From NCBI RefSeq assembly GCF_009914755.1, contig NC_060933.1: DNA of 64,000 bases; one strand, written 5' to 3'. This document shows, piece after piece, positions 40,268-64,000 of this stretch (its first letter is position 1; each line of letters opens with the position of its first letter). The translations under genes were made by a program, and so were the position numbers. The stretch comes from the human T2T-CHM13v2.0 reference genome, Homo sapiens. The notes under the pieces are model-generated. The model was not told the DNA's origin. It ran no database searches and saw only the letters and a program-made list of their open reading frames with translations.

Positions 40268-42448
40268 TAGTATTTCTTTACCTTCAACATCAGCAGTAAC
40301 AATAACTCATGGTAGCTGTATGGGGAATTGTAAATCTGAGTAATGGGGACAAGGGTAAAATGTACGTAGACTTGTGAGAACCATACAGTAAACACTTCCA
40401 GGCAGAGCCACTGGCTACACGGAGCAAACAGAAAGCAGATGGAGTAAGCACACACTATACACAGTACAGCATTCTTGTATTGCTGTGTTTGGCTATCCTA
40501 GTATAGTTTGTGTTTAGGCTTCATCACAAAATAGTAACATGCAGGGAAAAATCAATGAACCAACGTGATTCCATGTTATATTGATGCCATTCCCTTATTT
40601 ACTAATTTCACATGAGCTCAATCACATCGCAGAAACACATCCTTTCACAAAATAAACTGTATACTTGGATCTACTTATTTTTTTCTATATGAATGTAGCA
40701 TGTCAGTTCTGTGTTAATGAACAACTATGTCTTAAATTTTGTATTTTAGAAAATGTAATGAGCAACTTATTCATATCTGTGATACCTTGCCTTCCCAGGG
40801 TGGGGCTTCAGTTGCTGCTTTTAGATTCAACTAAGCAGTCAAACCCACAGGACCTAATCAGGCCATATTGAGGATAGATTCCCTTAGAGACGGATGTTAG
40901 AAGGAACACACAGCATGCCAGCAGAGTAGAGCCAGGCATTGCTCATGTGCTCCACATAGCAGTGGAGGGGCTGTCATCTGTGCCTCTCTCCCTTCCTGTG
41001 CAGCTCAAGTACCAGAGCACAAGACCGCAGTAGACAGATGGGAGAACCAGCCTGGCTTAGAAAGATCATGTCCCAAATAGGAACCAATATCTTTTTTAAC
41101 AGTTTCATAGATCTAAATTCCAGATCCCATAGGGGACATACCCATAGACTGCACACAGGGGAGTCCAAATCCAAACTGTGGCTTACCAACAGGTATTCAT
41201 GTTGATTTGCAGTCGTCCCAAGTTTAGAGGCATATCAGGAGGTCTTTTTTTCTTAGGTACTGTTACCTGGTAACACAGTCGACATTCACCTTTATTAGGT
41301 TTCCAGGGGAACAGAACTAGAGAGTTAACTCAAGGTCAGGTTTATTTAAATAGAAAGAATGAATCCCAGGAAGTGGAATTTCTGGGTGAAAGGGTATATG
41401 TGTTATTTTTTATTTTTGGAGATCTGCTTAAATAGATAGTTGCAGCTTATATACATCATGCCTGAAGTTAATAAAATTATGTAAAGAATGAAATGAATGC
41501 TTGTGGTTACTGTTCTTGTCAAGGTGACCACAAAGTAACAACGATGGAAACTTTTTTTATAGAAGACACATACATTTATTCCTCCCATGGGAATTTTTTT
41601 TTTTTTTTTTTTTTTGCCTTAAGACATTTTCTCAAGTGACTCCCTTTAGAAAGCTGTAGATTGGCCAGAAATGAAAATGTGCTTTTCAGCAGAAGCTCTG
41701 AGAGTAGTAATTTCATTAACTTCTCTCAAATCAACTTTGTGTCCTTGAACAATTTTTTTTAAAGTATGGTATCACAGCACTTCAGATGGCCATCTGGTGT
41801 TCAGTGAAAGATTTAAAGAATAATCAGAGCTGCCCAAAGATGAAATATGCTCCGTAAGAGGCAGTGACGTCCTCATCATTAGGTAACCTCCTGATAGGAA
41901 TTGTATGATATGAATTAAAATATTGGGTAGATGGTAGACTTTGATGATATTTTAGACCTTTCAAGTAAATACTTTTATCCCATGATTCTGTCACACTTGT
42001 TTTGCATATTAGTGCATGTTTCTGTGATTAAAAAGTTGAAGGTTATGAAAACATTTTCTGTGTAATTCAGACAAGTGTTCTCCCTGACCCCAAATTATCG
42101 GTGCATTTGCCTCAATCACCCACTTTTCTTTGCCTGGAGAGTATAATATTTCTATAGTATTTCTGTTTCCATATAGATTTTTCTTTATTCATCACAGAGT
42201 TCTAAATGGCAGCTGCCTACCATTCCGAGGGAATTGTACACAATGGAAACACTTAGGGCAGAAAATAGATTTCACTTCAAGGCTCAGTCTAGTCATTTTA
42301 AAGGTTTATGTATTTCACCACTTTAAGTGAATGTCTTGTCAGCCTCTCATAGTTGAAACATTTTAAATATATATCAGAGGAATTACAGAAAGTATTAGGA
42401 GTTGCAGAGAATCTAGTCTTCTAATTAGAATCTGTTAGTTATTTTCAG

Positions 42449-42525
42449 AATGAAGCAATGACTGGTTCTCACACCCAGAATCAAGTACTGTCTCAAATCA
42501 CTCTGGCATTAATGGAGGACACTGC
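42449..42525 (+). pseudogene. LMLN: LMLN pseudo-exon E (Met-turn)
   Basis: tttcag| [25 protein letters not shown] |gtaaga. Confidence 0.92.
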
Positions 42526-42704
42526 GTAAGACAGCTGTGAGAATAGGATATGAATTGTTTATTAAAATAAAATGAACACTGAGATTACAGCTTAAGAAAA
42601 TGCTGACATTTTATGCTGAAGTAAAATATACTTATTATTTGAATCTTTTATAGTTAGCTGTCCATTATTTATACCAACTCCATTCATTCATTCAATAAAT
42701 ACTT

Positions 42705-42996
42705 TTGTTGTTTGTTTGTTTTGAGATAGAGTCTCACTCCTGTAGCCCGGGCTGGAGTGCAGTGGCAGTCCTACATCCTGGACTTGCCAGGCCCAAGCAA
42801 TTCTCCCACCTCAGCCTCCTGATTAGCTGGGACTACAGGCACGTGCCATCATCCCTGGCTAATTTTTTGTATTTTTAGTAGAGACAGGGTTTTGTCATGT
42901 TGCCCAGGTTGTTCACAAACTCCTGGGTTCAAATGATCCGCCCACCTCGGCCTCCCAAAGTGCTGGGATTATAGGCGTGAGCCACCTCACCTGGCC
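42705..42996 (-). mobile_element. AluJ-like
   Basis: Alu consensus. Confidence 0.88.
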
Positions 42997-43060
42997 TCAG
43001 TAAATGTTTGAGGCCCTGAGACATGATAATAATTAGGACAAAAATCCCTGATACTATTTG

Positions 43061-43546
43061 TGTTAGGAATAACACTCAAAATCCTAAGGAAATTAAACAC
43101 TCGAACAAAGGATTCTTAGCAAAGCAATTTTACTTCTTCGCAGAGGGGTGCCTCCTTGGCCAGTCACCATGAAAGCACACCTGAACAAAGGGGCACGAGG
43201 GCCTTTATTCCTGATGCAAGTCCTGCCCCGTACCCTTTCCCCATTGGCCAGGGTCGGGTCGTACAATCTAAACTAATCCCGGTTTTGGCTAAACATTTGA
43301 TTTTTTTAGATAAGGTGAGCATGTAAAAGAAAGTGGAGAGGAAGGGGAAGGGGTGTCTGTAATGAGCTAGAAAGTTAGTCCTCTTTCCAAATAAGGAAAG
43401 GAATGTGAGCTGGTACTGTGGCGTGCCTGGGCATCTAACAAAGGCAAAAAGGAAAAAAGATAAAGGAGAAAAGCTGGGGGGTACTATGAATTAAAGAATA
43501 AAAGATTGATCAGATTATTTTAAGAGAAACCTCATCATATCCCACA
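43061..43546 (-). mobile_element. ERV1-class solo LTR (486 bp; possibly LTR15-like)
   Basis: TG..CA termini, 4-bp TSD TTTG; family name from memory only. Confidence 0.7.
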
Positions 43547-44266
43547 TTTGTTTTCTTCTTCTAATAAGAAGAGGCTAGTCTCAAACTCCTGGGCTCAAGC
43601 AAGCCTCCTGCCTTGGCCTCCCAAAGTGCTGGGATTATAGGCATGAGCCACCATACCTGGCAGAAATACGGTTTTTAAATGAAATCTTTTATACAACCCC
43701 TACATATCAAACAAAATTAAAGCTGCTTTAGTAGTAGCATTATTACCTCTTTTCTAACAGTCTGAGAGAAAATTAGAAAATGGAATCAAATTTGAAAATT
43801 AATGGTAGAGGTGCTACTAAAACAATGAAAATTGTTGACACTACCTTCACTGTTGAGAGTTCAAAGAGGTATAAGGATTTTAAAATATAGATGTCATTAT
43901 TTTTTTGTTTGTTTTAAGAGACAGGATCTTACTCAGTTGCCTAGGCTGAAGTGCAGTGGTGTGATCATAGCTTACTGTAGCTTCGAACTTCTGGACTTAA
44001 GGAATCCTCCTGCCTCAGCCTATCCAGTAGTTGGGACTAGAGGCCCATGTCATCATGGTGGCCAGCTAATTGTTTACAATTTTTTTTTAGAGACAGGGTT
44101 TCTCTGTGTTGCCCAGGCTGGTCTTGAATTCTTGGCCTGGAGATCCTCCCACCTCAGCATCCAGATTAGCTAAGATTACAGTTGCAAGCCACTGCACCTG
44201 GCTTGAGGTCATTGTTGACCCTGAGAACAGTTTCAATAAAATTGGGAAAGACTGAGAAGTTCATAG

Positions 44267-44606
44267 TGTTCCTGGACCAAACTGAGGGTCGGGCTGCTAT
44301 TTCTCATGGCCCAATAACGAGATGCAATATGAACTGGGAAGGAAAAGAGTTGAGGCCTGTGGCATTTCTTCACACCCCCAATAAAACTTGTTTAATCCTA
44401 AATGAGTCCTGTTAAGAATTCCGTTATTTTGTCATGCCTTAAGGCCCAGGAAAGGCCTAGGCAAAACTATCCATGGGCTTTTGTTATATTCCAGCCTTTG
44501 TAGAAGGGCACTGGCTTTTTTAGCTTTTAATATTTAACTTAACCACTCAGTCAGTGCTGAAAATGTTGTAATGGAGGCCTGCGTTAGTGCAACCTGGCCT
44601 GCCACA
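44267..44606 (-). mobile_element. ERV1-class solo LTR (340 bp; MER61-like)
   Basis: Reverse complement starts TGTGGCAGGCCAGGTTGCACTAACGCAGGCCTCC; TG..CA ends; TSD ATAG/ACAG. Confidence 0.65.
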
Positions 44607-45494
44607 ACAGGGTGAGCTGCTTAAATGACAGAGGAAGATATAGGTAAGAAAGGGTATTATTAGCACAGCTTTGTCCCTGAGGATGCAAGATGGGTGGGAT
44701 CCAGAAAACCAAGAGAGAACTTGAATGGGAAGAAAGACAGAACCCTGTCCGTTAATTCATGAAGAAAGAATGGGAATGAGAATACAAGCCATTTTGTAAG
44801 TGGAAGCAGAAAGTTGAAGAAGTTCAGAGTTTTTGGTTACCATATCTCTGTCGTTTAGGAGGCAGAGCCATCCCTGAGGGAGAGAGGAAGGCAGAAGTTA
44901 GATGTAAGTGCATACCTCATGGGCACTGTTTTCAGACAAAGCATCTACAGGAGTCATATACTTTCTTAATTTTTCCTTAGCCCAAAGGAAGAAAGATAAG
45001 GAAAAAATGTAGCATTCTGCCTAACAAAGAAATTGGAGGCACTTTTCTACCTTTAGGAGGTAGAAAATAGTACCCTGAAAAGTCATTAGTATGCACTGCA
45101 TAAGACTTAAGTGTAGCTTAACTAAGTTGCTTCTCCCAGTAAATAATATCATCCATCTATTCAGAAAGCTGACAGTCATCCTTGATAACACTCTCTCCAT
45201 TTCTCACATCCAATCAATCACAAATCTTGCTGATTTTTAGCTCTTCAGTATTGCTAAAGTCTGTGTATTTTTTGGTGACTACTGCCTTTATCTAGGCCAC
45301 AATTATCTTTTGACTAGATTACTATAGTAGCTTTAGTAAGTCTATCTCTCTGCATCTGAAGTGGTCCTTTCTATTGCCTGAAGGTCTTCACACATTTTAT
45401 ACAGGATCCTTTACAAGATTTTTTTTGGCACAGTGTCTTAAACAGTAAGAAATATATCATGACCAAAGTACACACATATATTTATATAATTAAT

Positions 45495-54830
<9,336 letters not shown>

Positions 54831-55051
54831 AGAGAATTCACCACCGTATCAGTCTTTGAGTCCTAAAGTCCCTAACTAGCCTGACTTCTCTCTACCCTTC
54901 AGTCTTCTTATATTTCTTTAATTTACAATGTCTGGGTTTTTAGTTGTACTTAGAGGGAGGAATAGGAAAAAGCATATCTACTCCATCTTCTAGAAATTAG
55001 AAGTGGTACTTACATTTCTACTTTTATATTTTAAAATAATTCCCCGGGGTG

Positions 55052-57670
<2,619 letters not shown>

Positions 57671-58323
57671 CTTCAAATTTGTTGAAGATTGTGGTAAGTA
57701 TTTTACATGTTTTATCTTAGGAAGCTGTAAGATATATTACTGATAAACCGTGTTCATTTAAATGAGACAAGTCATCAATTTTCCTTAAAATAAGAAATAT
57801 TTAATACAGGCTTTTTTCCCTTAAGAAATATGTGAAAGAAAAGGAAAATTGTCAGTGATCCTATTACAGTTTGGTGGACCAGTATTAATAGGATTTCTAT
57901 TATTTAAGAATATCGAGATTTTATTTATAAAATTGCTATTATGATATAATTTTTTTATATTGTAAATTGTCAGTTTGATGACTGCTAAGAATTACAGGTT
58001 TGTTTGAAGTTTATTTTTGCAAGACAGTGCAACAGATTCTGATATATTTTGATAATTTTCAAGGCCCATTTTTCAAATTATACTCTGAAGATTACATTTA
58101 ATGGAACAAAACAAATTGGTAACAATTAGGAATATTCACACAATCTTTATTTTGCACAGGAAAATAAGATTGTCTTGTGACGGTGATCAATTAAACAGAT
58201 TGTCAGATATGATTCCTTAAGCTAGATTATTAAATAGAAAAAAATTCACTCTTTGTAGCTGCAGGGCAGAGGGGACATTACCTCCACCATCTCTTCCTGA
58301 GAATCCCATTTGTTAATTATGAA

Positions 58324-58633
<310 letters not shown>

Positions 58634-59304
58634 TGAGTCTTGATGTTTTGAGTGGTCTGGCAATGTCCGTTTTTTAGTTGGAGTGTTTAGACTATTTACA
58701 TTAAATGCAATTTTCAATGGTATTTAAATCCACCAATACAGCATCTGTTTTCTCCCCTCCCATCTGGTTCTGTTCACTTTCACTTCCTTCTATCTTCTGT
58801 TGGATAGAAGATATTTTAAAGAATTCAATTTATATTCACAATTAAATGATTGACTACACATAATTCTATTTTTGTGTTTCTCTAGTGCTTATGACACACA
58901 TCTTAAATTTATTTCATTATAACCTCAGATAATATTATATCAACATACTTAAAATGAGGGAAATTACATCAATACATTTACACTTACCATCTCCAGTTTT
59001 TGTGCTTTTTGTGCTGTTACAGTCACAAATTTTAATTTTTCAAATATTATAAGCATCACAGCACATTATTTTGTTTGTAATGATGTTATTTGTTTTAGTT
59101 CATAATCTTTTAAAGATATTTTAACATGAGCATTATTTTATATTTACAAACTTTTTTATTGTTTTTCAGTGCTTTGCATAGATCTGAGTTTCTATCATTT
59201 TCTTCTGCTTCAAAAATTTTTAAAACATCTACTGTATAGATCTGCTGATGACAAATTTAATTTAGCTTGTCTGAAAATGTGTTTATTTTTTCATTGAATT
59301 CTAG

Positions 59305-59713
<409 letters not shown>

Positions 59714-60089
59714 AATATATATAGTCATTCTTAACTTCTCTGTAAAGGTAGCAAGTATTCCTTGCCTTCCTTTTTATTTCTTTTAATTTTCTTATCTGGT
59801 TTTCAGTTACTTAACCATGATATGACATGGTGTGATTATCTTTGAAGGAATAACTTTACAATTTTTAAATTAAAATTATATATCTGTATATTCAAAGTAC
59901 TAAATATTAAGCTGCTTGATATTACAGCAAACTATTCTAGAGCTCTTTTTATTTTTTAACCTTTATACTTTTCTCTGTGATTTGTTTTGTTTAGTTCAAC
60001 ATTGCTATGTCTTCAAGTTCACTGATCATTTTTACAGGTTTCCAGTATGACTATAATAATTTATATATTATTTAAAAATATTAGCTATT

Positions 60090-60550
60090 GCTACTCACAA
60101 TTGCAAACACATGGTATCAACTCTAGTGCCCCTCAATGATAGACTGGATAAAGAAAATGTGGTACATATACACCATGGAATACTATGCAGCCATAAAAAG
60201 GAAAGAGATCATGTCCTTTGCAGGGACATGGATGGAGCTGGAAGCCATTATCCTCAACAAACTAATGCAGGAACAGAAAACCAAACACCATGTTTTTGCT
60301 TATGAGTGGGAGCTAAATAATGAGAACACATGGACACAGGGAGCAGAACAACACACACTGGGGCCTGTTGGGTGATGGAGTAGGTCTGGGAAGAGCATTA
60401 GGAAAAATAGCTAATGCATGCTGGGCTTAATACCTAGGTGATGGGTTGATAGGGGCAGCAAACCATCATGGCACACGTTCAACTATGTAACAAACCTGCA
60501 CATCTTGCACATGTACCCGGACTTAAACTTAATAAAAAAAGAAAAGAAAA
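60090..60550 (+). mobile_element. L1PA 3' end
   Basis: MIDWIKKMWYIYTMEYYAAIK, 3' UTR and poly-A tail. Confidence 0.9.
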
Positions 60551-60767
60551 TGAAAGGTGGGTGGGGGCATGAAATAAAGAATTCGAGCAGTCTTTACAAA
60601 CTGTAAAATGCAAGGAAATGGATTCCTACTTAAAGCCTCAAGAAAAGAAGGAATACTTAGTCATTTCTTCCTGCAATTTTAAGCTAATACATAGCACCAT
60701 TTTCCTATTACAGAAAATATTTTCTTTATACAGTTATCCTTCAGTTTACATGGGGAATTGATTCCAA

Positions 60768-62268
60768 GTTTAAGCACTACAAACCACTGCTAGAGGAAAT
60801 AAAAGGGGACACAAACAAATGGAAAACATTCCATGCTCATGGATAGGAAGAATCAACATCGTGAAAATGGCCATACTGCTCAAAGTAATTTATAGATTAA
60901 ATGCTATTCCTATAAAGCTACCATTGACTTTCTTCACAGAATTAGAAAAAAAACTACTTTAAATTTCATATGGAACCAAAAAAGAGCCTCTATAGCCAAG
61001 ACAATCCTAAGCAAAAAGAACAAAGCTGAAGGCATCATGCTGTGTGACTTCACACTACACTACAAAGCTACAGTAACCAAAACAGCACAGTACTGGTAGC
61101 AAAACAGATACATAGACCAATGGAACAGAACAGAGGCCTCAGAAATAACACCACACATGTACAACCATCTGATCTTTGACAAACCTGACAAAAACAAGCA
61201 ATAGGGAAAGGAGTCCCTATTTAATAAATAGTGTTGGAAAGACTGGCTAGCCGTATGTAGAAAACTGAAACTGGACCCCATCCTTACACCTTCTGTACAG
61301 CAAAAGAAACTATTATCAGAGTGAACAGGCAACCTACTGAAAGGGAGAAAATTTTTGCAATCTATCCATCTGACAAAGGGCTAATATCCAGAATCTACAA
61401 GGAACTTAAACAAATTTACAAGGAAAAAAACATCAAAAAGTACGCAAAGGATATGAACAGACACTTCTCACAAGAAGGCATTTATGTGGCCAAAAACATG
61501 AAAAAAAGCTCATCATCGCTGGTCATTAGAGAAATGCACATCAAAACCACAATGAGATACCATCTCATGCCAGTTAGAATGGCGATCATTGAAAAGTCAG
61601 GAAACAACAGATGCTGGAGATGATGTGGAGAAACAGGAACGCTTTTACACTGTTGGTGGGAGTATAAATTAGTTCAACCATTGTGGAAGACAGTGTGGTG
61701 ATTCCTCAAGGATTTAGAACCAGAAATATCATCTGACCCAGCATCCCATTACCGGATATATATCCAAAGGATTATAAATCATTCTACTATAAAGACACAT
61801 GCACATGTATGTTTATTGCAGCACTGTTCACAATAGCAAAGACCTAGAACCAACCCAAATGCCCATCAATGATAGACTGGATAAAGAAAATGTGGTACAT
61901 ATACACCATGGAATACTATGCAGCCATAAAAAAAGGCTGAGTTCATGTCCTTTGCAGGGACATGGATGAAGCCAGAAACCATCATTCTTAGCAAACTAAC
62001 ACAGGAACAGAAAACCAAACACCGTATGTTCTCACTCATAAGTGGCAGTTAAACAATGATAACACATGGACACAGAAAGGGGAACATCACACACTGGGGC
62101 CTGTTGTGGGGTGGTGGGCTAAGGGAGGGATAGCATTAGGAGAAATACGTAATGTAGATGACGGGTTGATGGGTGCAGCAAACCACCATGGCACATATAT
62201 ACCTATGTAACAAACCTGCATGTTCTGCACATGTATCCCAGAACCTAAAGTATTTTTTTTAAAAAAAA
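60768..62268 (+). mobile_element. L1PA 3' fragment with an internal deletion at ~61292
   Basis: ORF2 C-terminus and 3' UTR; CCTTACACCTT|CTGTACAGCAAAAG jump. Confidence 0.9.
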
Positions 62269-62706
62269 GCCTTTCCTCATTTAATTGATTTAGTGCCTCC
62301 ACTTACTTTAAAAACAATCACACATGTTCCCTGATAGATGACAGCTGTCAGAGTTAATTATTGATTAAATATAATTAGACTATATTGTGGATGTCAGTCT
62401 CATCTCACATCGTCTGTAGTAGGAAAAAAATGTGAATGTGTGTTCTTTAGTTTAAAACATCACGTGGTAGACAATGATTACAAAAGGGGAGATGTGGCTC
62501 AGTCAAGGAAAGCATGAAACAAGAAGAGGGAAGACTGAAGGAGCAGTTTTCTAGACAGAGAAGAAAGGCCACACCAGGTATAAAGATGAACCACTACGGC
62601 ACAGGCATTGAATGCCATAAAACCAAAGCTACCTCTTCATTTGGAACTACATCCTAGCAAAGAGAAGAATGTGATTTCTTTATTGCAGTTCAAAGTTGAG
62701 TCCTAG

Positions 62707-63189
<483 letters not shown>

Positions 63190-63409
63190 TAATGTCTATA
63201 TTGTTGAATAAAGGACTGACTTTCAAGTAGGGCTTTCAGAGAATGTCTCAGTTCTCTGCTAAAACTTATTATACACATTATTATTTCTTCTTTCCTGGTT
63301 CTCCTCCTCCTCTTAGCTAACCACGAAGTCTGACCCTTCTAGTATTGGAGTGTGGGGAGGACAGAGAGATGGAGACAAGAAGGCAGGAAAGTTCTTACTA
63401 GAGTGGTGT

Positions 63410-63850
63410 CAGTGGTGAACTGGAGCCAGCTCCTAGCAGCTTGTAAGAACTGACTGTTAAACTTTCAGGAATTTGTAATTCAGTTACTACATAGAACCAT
63501 TAATGCACATAGAATTGTAATTAAATAAATTGTATTTAAAATAAATGCAATAAATACTAAAAACTCTTCACTTCCTAATTATTTTGTTACATTTTACGCT
63601 GGGGTCAGTGGAGGAGGAGAGCCAGGAAAGAAACAAATAATAATGTAAGGAAATAATTTTAGAACATTTACACCACAAAAATCTTCAAATGCCACAAATC
63701 AGGGCTATCCCCCGACAAAGATTCTTTGCTTAGTCAAACTTTAGTCAGGCTTCTGAGCCTTCCCCTAGGTCCATCTTAGAGAGACATCGTAAAATCCAGT
63801 TTTAGCAAAGAGCCCTGCTAAGTCAGTTTAGCAAGAACTTTTCAGACTTA
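63410..63850 (+). mobile_element. MER63-like hAT element followed by a MER67/MER31-like LTR fragment (~63713-63840)
   Basis: CAGTGGTGAACTGGAGCCAGCTC..TTTCAGGAATTT; GACAAAGATTC..AAACTTTAGTCAGGCT..CCCTGCTAAGTCAGTTTAGC. Confidence 0.55.
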
Positions 63851-64000
63851 ATTTCCTCGCTCTCCTCCTCCACTGACCCCTGAGTAAAATGTAGCAAAAT
63901 AATCAGGAAGTGATGAGTTTTTAGTGTTTATTGCATTTACTTTAAATACAATTTATTTAATTGTAATTTTATGTGCATTAATGGCTCTATGTAGTAACTG

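Noticed and set aside
61280-61305. Internal deletion in L1 as a splicing event
   Set aside because: The junction sits on CTT microhomology; an ordinary deletion is sufficient

Overview
Primate, most likely human or hominine, non-coding segmental-duplication-like DNA; the species guess rests on an AluYa5 carrying all five diagnostic bases. The window is dominated by Alu, L1, LTR and DNA-transposon fossils, and I found no intact protein-coding gene. Embedded in the repeats is a mosaic of co-oriented (+ strand) gene fragments. First is a CpG-decayed, quasi-palindromic GC-rich promoter module (~8.2-10.4 kb) with CCAAT/ETS/YY1/TATA motifs and a strong splice donor. Second are four unprocessed GTF2I-family exons in scrambled order: exon-10-like, exon-11-like, then two tandem copies of the ATG exon carrying an expanded 18-nt EDEES repeat. 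Third are five consecutive exons of an unprocessed LMLN (invadolysin, M8 metalloprotease) pseudogene with the HEXXH motif destroyed. The window also holds a U6 retrocopy, at least four local templated duplications (three inverted), two retro-insertions that duplicate exon splice donors, and a candidate L1 3' transduction. Gene and repeat-family identities come from my recall of known sequences, not from a database search, and repeat boundaries are approximate.
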